From positions 95,621,391 to 95,685,298 of the forward strand of contig NC_068981.1 in assembly GCF_001194135.2 (NCBI RefSeq): DNA of 63,908 nucleotides, in the 5' to 3' direction. The notes under the pieces are model-generated. The model was given only the letters and a program-made list of their open reading frames with translations. It was not told the origin of the DNA and ran no database searches. The DNA is from Octopus bimaculoides. Lineage: Eukaryota. Shown here one piece after another: positions 53,395-63,908 of the stretch; the stretch's first letter is position 1, and each line of letters opens with the position of its first letter. Position numbers and translations under genes: made by a program.

Positions 53395-54560
53395 TAAGAA
53401 AATAGAGATGCAGAAGTTTCTGATGTTCCTAGCAATTAAGGCTTTTAACTGAAGGTATTTTCCAGGTGAATGTTCTTTGTAAGCCTTCAATTTCTTCTAT
53501 GAGACTGGATGAGTTAGGAGACCAAAGCTGTGAACAGTAATCTAATCTGCTCAGAACTAGGGTTTTCAAAAGAGTTAGCATAATAACATGTTCTCTTGTC
53601 ACAAAAGTTTGTAGGATCCATCCAATGAGATATTTGCATTTAGAGGTCAGTTTGGAAATGTGGCTGATGAAATATGTATTATTTGACATGATTACTCCTA
53701 AGTAATAAGTCATTAACACTCTGAATCATTGTGCTATCTAATATCAAATATTATGATTTGTGTGTATTCCTTCCCTAATAAAGAACCTGAAATTTTGATG
53801 TATTAAATTTCATATTGTTTTTATCTGCTCATTGATAAATGAAATTTAGCTCATTTTGGAGTGTGACAGTATCTTCTGGAGTTTAGATAGCCATTGGTAT
53901 TTTTGTGTCATGAGCGTAACTCATTAGGTTGGCTGAGTACACTTATGATCCTATACCTGATAGGATGATGGTAAATAATAATGGTCCAAGAACTGTTCCC
54001 TGAGTTATACCACTTATTACAAGTGACTTAGCAGAGAGAAAGCCATTTGCAGCAACAGATTGACTCCTACCACATAGAAAGTCAAAGAGCCATTCTCCAA
54101 GTTTTCCTGTGATATCAAGATCCTTTAACTTATGATAGATGATTCCATGATGAATTTTGTCAAATGCCTTAGCAAAATCAAGGTATACATAGTCAGTGTC
54201 CTTTCCTCACAAAAGATTACTGAAAATAGTGTTATGGTGCTGTAATAGTTGTGACAGGCAACTTCGTTGAATCCACAAACCATGCTGGGTGTCATCTAAG
54301 AGGTTGTCTTCTTCAAGGTATGCAATTATTCTATTCAAGACAATGTGTTCAAAAACTTGTGATGTGTGAGATGTGAGAGAAATAGGTCTGTAGTTTCTAG
54401 CTCCAGCCCTGCTACTTCCTTTGTGTATAGGTGTTGCTATTGCATATTAGAATAGTTCAGGAAATATGCCGGAATCAAGCAGCTTTTGAAATGTTATCTT
54501 TAATATTTTGTGAGGCTGTTTTTGCACTTTTTTAACATTATGGCTGAAAGTATATAATCT
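53395..54560 (-). mobile_element. Degenerate CR1/L2-like LINE reverse transcriptase fragment
   Basis: Minus-strand fragments DYVYLDFAKAFDK, GITQGTVLGPLLFTI, LMSYAHDTKI (decayed YADD) and LGVIMSNN...LVLSRLDYCSQLWSP (53429-53719). Confidence 0.85.
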
Positions 54561-55463
54561 TCCATTTATATCATCAATTTTTAAATGTGTCTGTAATTGA
54601 TTTCTGGGGATCAAAGAATTTGTTTGGCTTATATACTATTTTGTTAGCTATAGGTTGGGAAAATGCACTATTAATTCTCCATTATCTCAATTAGATTAAG
54701 CTACAAGAAACCTGTACACATAAAATGTATCAGATACAGAATAAGTTAATAAACAAAGATTCTGTTGGGTATGTAAAGGCCATATTTCTTTAAACTATAC
54801 TCTCATGAACAGATCATATGAAATCACCTTTATGTTCTTGTAGAGAGTCTTTATGTAACTATTTGTTCCAATCCAAAATCTATCAACACAAGAAATGGCA
54901 TTTTGAAATTGGTCTTCCAAAAGTTACCAAGGCTGGAGGTACAATAAATTTTCAAAGATCCACCAACCATAAGATCTTCCAATTCACAAAGGCTTCAAAA
55001 ATTTTAACAAAAGAAACATTGAATGATTCTTCATCTTTTCTTCTTATATATAAGGGATATGAGATACCTTTTTTTTCAGTTTGACATGGCCTTCTAGGTT
55101 TACATGGATGCTTAAATTGATTAACAAAGTAAATGAAATAAACAATATAGTGAACTCCGTTAACCAAATTTTAATCATTTGACATTCATCTGTACTGAAA
55201 AGTCATTAGCACCTAATTGCAGTTCAAGTCAATGAAATGATATCTGAAATTCAAATTAATTAACTCTTTTGATACCAACCTGTCTGAGATTGCCTTTGAT
55301 ATCTATGACACAAAATTTATGTTTTAATGTGATTTAAATTTAAACCTTCCATCAATTTTTATGCTAATTTATGTACCAATCACTAATTTAATAATGACAA
55401 AGATATTTTACTAAACTCTTCAGTATTTTCATAATTAATTGAAACAGAGATTGTGTATTTCAG

Positions 55464-55532
55464 CAGAAATGTAGTAACAAAAGGATTCAAAATTGAATGG
55501 GGATATGCAGTGTGGAGTGAATCTGATCTTTA
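55464..55532 (+). CDS. Candidate 69-nt plus-strand exon of an unidentified gene
   Basis: Acceptor ttgtgtatttcag|, open frame RNVVTKGFKIEWGYAVWSESDL, donor TA|GTAAGT. Phase 2 at both ends. Confidence 0.3.
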
Positions 55533-58066
55533 GTAAGTATGGTGACAGCTTTGGGACATGCTTCAGTCATATTAGATCTTGTTATCATAGCCTATTAGAC
55601 ACCAAATCCCAGAATGACTCAAAAAGATGTAGATTTGAATGAAAAGTATTCAATGAGTTGCTGCTAATCTATAAAACAATGGCACTGGAAAATTTCCTGA
55701 GATGTCTTCTGTGTGGGGGATATGTAGTCAAGAGTGGGAAAATGTACTTAATGTAAAGAGGTAAAACAATTTTTGATTGACTGAAATTACACTAGTAATG
55801 AATAATTATTAGTATTAATGATTAATTCATTGTCAAAAAAAACAAAAACAAAAGAGAATTTTGAAATATCTGAGAATTTTTCCAATACCATTATTGAAAT
55901 TACTTTATCAGTGAATATTATTCATTCAGAAACTATATCCTCACAAGTAATTGCTTATCTGGTAAATATGTATTAGACTATACTTCACTAAAGAGGTCTA
56001 ACAAAACTGAAATATGTCTGGAGTTATGCTCACCAGTGATTGGAAAATGAGAGTTACTAAGCTTTTAGTCTCTAAAAATTTTAATTTTTGAATTCTTTCC
56101 CTTACTTTCTTGATAAGAAATGTCATTATCATTAGTAAGTTTTTTTAAAATTATGAATCTAACTTGATTAAAAATTGTTTTTGACTTTCTACATGAAGCA
56201 TGTAAGCCCATATACTTAACTGTATGTTCTTTATGAAGAAGGAATCCATGGAAAATTTTCCTGTGTAGAATACTGCAGTATCTCCAGCATGACCTCAATT
56301 CAATATCTTANNNNNNNNNNNNNNNNNNNNNNNNNNNNNNNNNNNNNNNNNNNNNNNNNNNNNNNNNNNNNNNNNNNNNNNNNNNNNNNNNNNNNNNNNN
56401 NNNNNNNNNNNNNNNNNNNTTCATTAGAAAACACAAGAGTTTTACACCTCTGCATATATTTCTTTAATAATCTGACTTTATAGTGTCTATGATAACAAGC
56501 AACAGATTTTGCTGTGAATAGTAATACTAGGGAAAGCAAATTGGATTGCTACTGGAACTGATGAAAGATGAGTTTAGTGTAGTTTGATTATATTTTTGCA
56601 TATTCATAAATATAACTGGCATAAGACAGCATTGACTGTAGTTTTAACTGCAATGTAGTATGTCCTGTTATCATAAGATTTGTTATAATTAAGATATTTG
56701 TTATCAAAATGGAGATAGGTCTTGATAAAAATAAAAGTTTTTGTTTTTTATCAGTCGTGGTAATTAGCTGTAGTTAAGAGGTCCTAGTTTGCTGCACAAC
56801 AGATTTCATGCCAGGTAATGGGAACAGGCATGTTTTACATATAATACTCCATTAAGACACAACTCCACTTCAATTTCATATACAAGATCAATGGACATAG
56901 ATATATATATGTTCAATGGTGAAGACAGTGTATTCAGACAGAAAGTATACATGTCTGCTTGTATTCAATTTATACCATAACTAGGAAAAAAAAATAAAAG
57001 ACTTGAATAATTTGAATGTATAGATTATCATTTTTCATGAATTAATTCATTTGTTTTTGTTGTTGGTTTTGTTATATATGTCAAACAGATACCAAGTCAT
57101 TTTAATTAGGTTGTTGTTTGTATTTGATTTCAGTACAGAATAAATTAGGTGTTGTATGTCAATTAGTTGGAATAGAATGCTAGGAATGTAAGCCTTACAA
57201 AACAAAAACTTGTAAGTCATCAGCTAAAATTTAAAATTAATGAGAAAAAACATCCAACAACAGTAAGTTTAATAAACATTTGAATTTTTATTTAGGACAT
57301 AATTAAAAACTGCCATCTTTTTATAAAACAAGTCTTAAAATTGGAACAGATCTTTCTTTTGAGTAATAATTTCGGCTGAAGGCATGACACATATCTGAAG
57401 TGTAATAGATCCAACTAGGATGGTATCTTGATTCATTGGGTGCTTTTTGTCATATCATAGTACTTGCATATAATCACACACACACACACACACACACACC
57501 TTTGGCCATTAAGTGAACACAGAACTTGGTGATTCTATAGAAGCATCTATAGAATTTTGTCGGAAAGGGTACACTGGAGCAGCTTCCTGTCGCTCTTTCA
57601 ATGTAGAGTAAGGTCTACGTATGTTTTCACAACAGCTATATCTATATTGATGACTAGATGAACTGAGACACTTAGAATGAAAATGTTTTACTCCAAGACA
57701 CAAGGAAATATAGTGTAGATATAAACACTGTCAATGAACTTGTACATCAATAAACTATCTGTTCAACTATTTTACCTTTATATAATTGGCCGCTGCTCAA
57801 ATACAGCATAGCAAACAGGATATTTATTTGAAGGTGCTACAACAGAGAAAGTTGAAGTAAAAAAAAAAGTTAAAAATGACAAACAAAAATATAATTATTA
57901 TTTTAACTATAGAATGACAGATCCAGTTGCTGAGAGGTTAGAGTAGCTAAATCTTGAGCTTTGGATCAGTAGATCGAACCCCTAAGTCTACATCCCTAAG
58001 ATTTCATCCTTAAATAATATCTCATTTTAAATGCAATCATAGCTAAGATAATCTGAATAATTATGT

Positions 58067-58232
58067 AGGCGTAGGAGTGGCTGTGTGGTAAGTAGCTTTC
58101 TTACCAACCACATGGTTCCAGGTTCAGTCCCACTGCGTAGCACCTTGGGCAAGTGTCTTCTACTATAGCCTCGGGCCGACCAAAGCCTTGTGAGTGGATT
58201 TGCTAGACGGAAACTGAAAGAAGCCCGTCGTA
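58067..58232 (+). mobile_element. tRNA-derived SINE family A, 5' half (rest in gap)
   Basis: AGGCGTAGGAGTGGCTGTGTGGTAAG start with A-box-like TGGCTGTGTGGT and B-box-like GGTTCAGTCCC; CACCTTGGGCAAGTGTCTT core. Confidence 0.85.
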
Positions 58233-58721
58233 TGTATGTATGTATATATATATATATATNNNNNNNNNNNNNNNNNNNNNNNNNNNNNNNNNNNNNNNNN
58301 NNNNNNNNNNNNNNNNNNNNNNNNNNNNNNNNNNNNNNNNNNNNNNNNNNNNNNNNNNNNNNNNNNNNNNNNNNNNNNNNNNNNNNNNNNNNNNNNNNNN
58401 NNNNNNNNNNNNNNNNNNNNNNNNNNNNNNNNNNNNNNNNNNNNNNNNNNNNNNNNNNNNNNNNNNNNNNNNNNNNNNNNNNNNNNNNNNNNNNNNNNNN
58501 NNNNNNNNNNNNNNNNNNNNNNNNNNNNNNNNNNNNNNNNNNNNNNNNNNNNNNNNNNNNNNNNNNNNNNNNNNNNNNNNNNNNNNNNNNNNNNNNNNNN
58601 NNNNNNNNNNNNNNNNNNNNNNNNNNNNNNNNNNNNNNNNNNNNNNNNNNNNNNNNNNNNNNNNNNNNNNNNNNNNNNNNNNNNNNNNNNNNNNNNNNNN
58701 NNNNNNNNNNNNNNNNNNNNN

Positions 58722-58758
<37 letters not shown>

Positions 58759-60256
58759 AATCAAACTCTTTTACATTCATTTTAAGGCCAATACCAGCAT
58801 GGGTGGGATGGTTCGACTGTTGGAGCAAAAGTCTTTTACAGCCACATGACCTTCTTTCTGCTGACTGTTCAAGCATCAAGTCTGAACAAAATCTGTTGTT
58901 TGTACATTCAGGAAAATAAAAATAAAAATCATGGTTCAAGAGTCTTTTGCTGGGGTTGTACTAAACAATTGTTGTTCTAAGATTGAAATTATGGCTTTGT
59001 GATCAGAAGATCAATACCCTATGTTGTAGCCATTGTTTCATATTTGACTAGTACTAAAAAGAGAGTTCCAAATTAATCACCACCAATGCTCTAAGCAAAA
59101 TTTTATCTAGATGTTATCTCTTGACTTCAGTGATTTGACAGAAGCAGGCAGCACACATGATCAGTTACAAAATCTAAGTCACCAATAAACACTACACAAA
59201 TTACTGTTGACACCAAACAACTTGCTATTACTTAATCAATTAGATTAAAATCTTACCTTAGTAATTAATAATCTATATATGCAACTGAACTCAGATCTTA
59301 ATTCAGATAATAATTAGAACATTATAGCTATCAGAGTAAAATCTCAATTAATACTAAATAACTGAACTTTAATCTCAACCAAGGTACTTAATAGTTATCT
59401 GGACCAAGTCACTTAGTTAAGACACAAATTAAAACATTATAGTTACTTGGATTAAAATCTTTATTAAGTCCCGAATTATCACCATAGTTTTAATTTCCTA
59501 ATTATCCTTATATCATCATCTTGATTAAAATTTTAAATAAGTTACTAATTAAGACTGTATAATTACTCCTACTGTGTTTCTAATGCAAAAGTTAACTGGA
59601 TTAAGATCTCAATCAAGTCTGTAATTTAATCCAACACGGTTACTTGGATTAAAGAATAAGCTAGGTCATTAAGTAACATTATATATTTAAAGGGTCAACA
59701 GTTTCAGACATAAAGTAATTCCCTACACTTTACACTATTCTGTGTAACATGACTTTGTTCTTCTAAGCACTGGTAGTAGGTTTTGTTGCTTTATGGTTGT
59801 CAGGGAGTTTTGATTCCTGGATGTAGTCATCTTACATCACTTTTAATACTAAGGAAAGATACGAATGCCACAGTATGATTCAGTAATATACAAAGGGTAA
59901 TTTAGTCTCCTACATGTCATATCCTTACAAAGACATGCCTTGCATCAATAAATGAAATCATTAAGACATTTATACAACTTAACTAGTCATTAAATAATAT
60001 TTAATATTCATAGACATCATATAATGTCAGGTGTAATGAAGAGAAGAATTCAAAGGAAGAAAATCAGAGAAAACAAAACAAAACAAAACAAATGCTTGTA
60101 AGAATGATAAAGCCTAAAGATTTGTGAAGATACTTCTAATAGAGGATATTTGGAAAAAGACCGTGCCATACTTTTAAATCCATGGTTTGAGTAGACACTA
60201 CAACTAAATGAACCTAGTATAATAGTTGGAAGATTGTTTGAAAGGTCATCTGAAAG

Positions 60257-60483
60257 TTATTGATTAACTAAAGGAAAGATGTATTTCATAGCTGTTCTCT
60301 CCTCACTTGTAATATCTGGATGCCAAAAGTCCAACATGAGCACTGCTCGGATGCCATCCTCTTTGTGTCCATAGTGAGCAGCAGTGTGTAGGTAGGAGTC
60401 ATCAAACAAAAGGCAGTGACCAGTCTTCCAGCTGTGAGTTTCTTTACATACAGTTAAACTGCAATTATTAGGCACAACAATAC
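60257..60483 (-). CDS. ASPHD2: Terminal coding exon of an aspartate beta-hydroxylase domain-containing protein (ASPHD1/2-like, 2OG-Fe(II) oxygenase); upstream exons lie beyond the right edge of the window
   Basis: Translation (G)IVVPNNCSLTVCKETHSWKTGHCLLFDDSYLHTAAHYGHKEDGIRAVLMLDFWHPDITSEERTAMKYIFPLVNQ* matches the recalled ASPHD2 C-terminus (CLLFDDSFLH...EDGPRVVFMVDLWHP). Strong acceptor ttttcaattttttgtag|GT at 60484/60483; TAA stop at 60259-60257. ASPHD1 vs ASPHD2 orthology cannot be resolved from one exon. Confidence 0.9.
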
Positions 60484-61619
60484 CTACAAAAAATTGAAAA
60501 CATTATCACATATAAACTGCATTTACCAGGCACAGAATACCACACAAAAGGAATCCAAAACATTATCACAAACAAACTCTAGTTATCAGAGACAATATCT
60601 ATAAATAAACATTGAAACAGTTTGCTTACAATATATATTTCTGAGATAAGCTGCTGCAAAATTCTATCTACATTACACTTCAATCATTCTGCTTATTCTC
60701 TAATCATCTTCACACACGCAAATGTACACAATCTTTTCTAACAGACATTAACTTTCTAATAACATATTTTATGTGTTTCAGACTGGATCTTGAGGACCTT
60801 CTTTACTGGAAGCCTTGCAGTGATGTTAATATTTCAAAAAGCATTGGTTATAAGCAGAACAGATTAGCTTACAAGTGTGATCCTCTAACACTCTATGACA
60901 AATATATTTATTAGAAAGACTACAAAAGCCTTTTCATTACATTTTCACCAATAATGTTATGAAAATAATATCAAATAAATGTCTAAGTTACTTAGAATGA
61001 CTCTAGACTTTGTCCTTATTTCTTAGAATGCAGCAGAGTGAGATATATCATTGTTTATAATTGGTAGATTCTGGAGAATAATTTCATTATACAACATAAA
61101 TTAAATCAGGAAACAGGAAGATATTGTTAACTTTTTAAGGTATCATCAACTGACAATCAAGTGAAAGTCCTCTATAATGACAGTCTTGCCTGTGGCAGAT
61201 CCTAGCTCTTTGTATGACTAAAGATTGACCAGCCATATTTTATATCTTTAACCATTGATATTTGTCTTGAAACAACGTCACTGTTTCTCAATAAATCACA
61301 AAATCACCTCCAAAATATTGCATGAAGAAAAAAATTTTAAGTTCAGACTCTACCTGGGGTAAACTGGGAGGATTTAAGAAATGTTGAAAGACTGATTGTT
61401 GTAATGGAATGGTATCAGAGTAGGAGTCTTAGCATAAGTTATAGACACATCAGTTTATATTGTCAATCTGTGTTTTTTATGATCAGTATCTTTTCAATTT
61501 CTCTCTTTCTCCTTCATTCTTCAGCTCTTTCCCTTCTCTCTCAGTCTAATTTTCTTTCTCCCTTTCATGCTCACACAACACATTTACACTCATCTCTTAG
61601 ATGACAATGACAATGTATA

Positions 61620-61970
61620 AACTATATATAGTTTATATATTGTCATTGGAAAACTGTAGTAACTAAAATTCCTTATTTAAAAATCATATCTTTGAAAAGT
61701 TAATATGATGTTTCAAGTACCACGATAGGTAGAAAATAACTTATGCTTTGTTTCACATTTAAATTTGCTTATATTTGTGAAATATTCAGGTACTATGTTC
61801 TGTGAATTGCACTGTTAATTTTTTGTAATGCTTGAAATATATATAAATGCAAGTATAATTACATACAAAAAGAACTATAGAAAAGCTTACTATAAGTTAA
61901 TTTAATGTAACAAAACGTTTTCTACTATGCAGTACCCAGGCGATGTCAAGATGTCTCATTAGTCAGCTAT
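61620..61970 (+). mobile_element. Possible non-autonomous Helitron-like remnant
   Basis: Ends ACCCAGGCGATGTCAAGA...GTCAGCTAT, resembling a decayed Helitron 3' hairpin plus CTAG; AT-rich body. Confidence 0.3.
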
Positions 61971-62220
61971 AATCAGTGTAGAATAGATTCCAGCAACTCG
62001 TTCATGTGTCAGCAACAAATGTACACATAAACCATGAAAAATCAGAAATAAAAACATAAACAATAAAACAAGTAAGAAACAATAATCTGGTATGGTCATA
62101 ACTCTCAAATATTCAGATTAATGTGAGTTAAAGGCATACTATCATTGCTACTATATAACTTGATATTATTTCAATAAAAATGTACATATGTAGGTGTGTG
62201 TATATGTATGTGTGTGTGTT

Positions 62221-62270
<50 letters not shown>

Positions 62271-62648
62271 CATCTCTCAAAATGGATGGAGTATGTGGGA
62301 GTGGGAAACTCAAGACATGAGATGAAGTACTGAACCTTTCAGGTGAGATGACAAAGGACTGAGATGCCAGGTGCCTTATAGTACTCAAGAAGATCTGTAC
62401 TCTGCAGCAGAAGTGTTAAGACCAGTCCTTCTGGTGGTGCAAAGCACACATGGCGGTGTCATGTAAAAGTACCTGTGTGCCATATGAAAGTACCTAGCAC
62501 ACTCTGTAAAGCAGTTGGCATTAGGAAAGGTATCTGGCTGGAGAAACCATGGCAAAACAGACTGGGGTCTGGTGCAGCCCTCCAGCTTGCTAGCTTTGGT
62601 CAAACTGTCCAACCCATGCCAGCATGGACAACAGATTTTAAATGGTGA

Positions 62649-62730
<82 letters not shown>

Positions 62731-62754
62731 GTATATAAATATATATGTATGTGA

Positions 62755-63060
62755 GGATGCACGGCCAAGTAGGTAGGGTGTTATGATCGCAAGATTGTGG
62801 TTTCAATCCCTAGATCGGGTGGTGCATTGTGTTCTTGAGCAAAACACTTCATCTTACATTGCTCTGCAATCACTTTGACACTTAACGTGTAGTACACCAT
62901 GCACCTGTTCAGGAAACATCAATTTGATGGAGAGAGAGCGAGTTAATGTACAACACATACATTTGATCACTATAAACAAATCATTTGTGCAGGTTGTTCG
63001 ACAAAAGCTGAACACTCATACATCATCTTTGACAGGAGAGTTCCATCATATAAAATGTGT
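62755..63060 (+). mobile_element. tRNA-derived SINE with a CORE-like central segment
   Basis: GGTTTCAATCCC B-box-like motif followed by TTGTGTTCTTGAGCAAAACACTT. Confidence 0.5.
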
Positions 63061-63287
63061 GTATTAAACCTTTTCTGTCATACACACATGATTAGAATTG
63101 TTGGATGGGTGGGGGTGGTTAGTTTACTTGAAGTGGAAAGAGGTTTCACTTGTGAAGCAATCTTCTTATAGGTCTGTATATATGTGAAGTGTGTATGTTG
63201 TGTGTTTGTGTGCTAAGTGACATTAAAGCTGACTTGATTAAAATTTGATTATGATACGATACAAGACCAACACACACACACACTCAC

Positions 63288-63334
<47 letters not shown>

Positions 63335-63344
63335 CTAGATGCTT

Positions 63345-63908
63345 ATCATCATCATCATCATCATCATCGTTTAACGTCCGCTTTCCATGCTAGCATGGGT
63401 TGGACGATTTGACTGAGGACTGGTGAAACCAGATGGCAACACCAGGCTCCAATCTAAATTTGGCAGAGTTTCTACAGCTGGATGCCCTTCCTAACGCCAA
63501 CCACTCAGAGAGTGTAGTAGGTGCTTTTATGTGTCACCCGCACGAAGGCCAGTCAGGCGATACTGGTAATGGCCACTTGGCTTGCAGGGTCTTCTCATGC
63601 ACAGCACATTTCCAAAGGTCTCGGTCAGTAGTCATCGCCTCGGTGAGGCCCAATGTACGAAGGTCTTGCCTCACCACCTCAGCCCAGGTCTTCCTGGGCC
63701 TACCTCTTCCACGGGTTCCCTCAACTGTTAGGGTATGGCACTTTTTCACGCAGCTATCCTCATCCATTCTCACCACATGTCCATACCAGCGCAATCGTCT
63801 CTCTTGCACACCACAACTGATGCTTCTAATGTTCAGCTTTTCTCTCAAGATACTTACACTCTGACGGGTATTCACATTGACATTACACATCCAACGGAGC
63901 ATACTGGC
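63345..63908 (-). mobile_element. Young RTE-clade LINE 3' end (ORF2 C-terminus plus 3' UTR); continues beyond the window
   Basis: Stop-free MLRWMCNV...RRLRWYGHVVRMDEDSCVKKC...RGRGRPRKTW (63534-63902), joined to the tail aacgtccgctttccatgctagcatggg and (GAT)n. Confidence 0.9.

Noticed and set aside
58067-58140. tRNA-like A/B boxes
   Set aside because: These are heads of SINEs; no complete cloverleaf was seen.

Overview
AT-rich, repeat-dense eukaryotic (animal) genomic DNA with eight assembly gaps (11899-12688, 21590-22174, 34336-34774, 47387-47610, 49803-49870, 52062-52275, 56311-56419, 58260-58720). The SINE/RTE repeat complement and (TA)n tracts look like an Octopus-type cephalopod scaffold (inferred from recalled repeat sequences, not searched). 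One coding exon is recognisable: the last exon of an aspartate beta-hydroxylase domain gene (ASPHD2-like, minus, 60257-60483). A second, unidentified terminal coding exon lies at 1101-1500 (minus). The rest is mostly intronic or intergenic: RTE and CR1-like LINE fragments, two tRNA-derived SINE families, and several MITEs (piggyBac-, Tc1/mariner-, Merlin- and hAT-like). CpG density alternates in blocks, suggesting a long, unidentified gene body at about 17.5-50.8 kb with an NRF1-motif promoter at about 50.87 kb. The most striking unexplained structure is a pair of adjacent near-perfect palindromes (42496-42609 and 42722-42959). Each is built from two inverted copies of a different, decayed minimal type I hammerhead ribozyme of the Penelope-like-element kind. 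No CRISPR array, rRNA or bona fide tRNA gene is visible.
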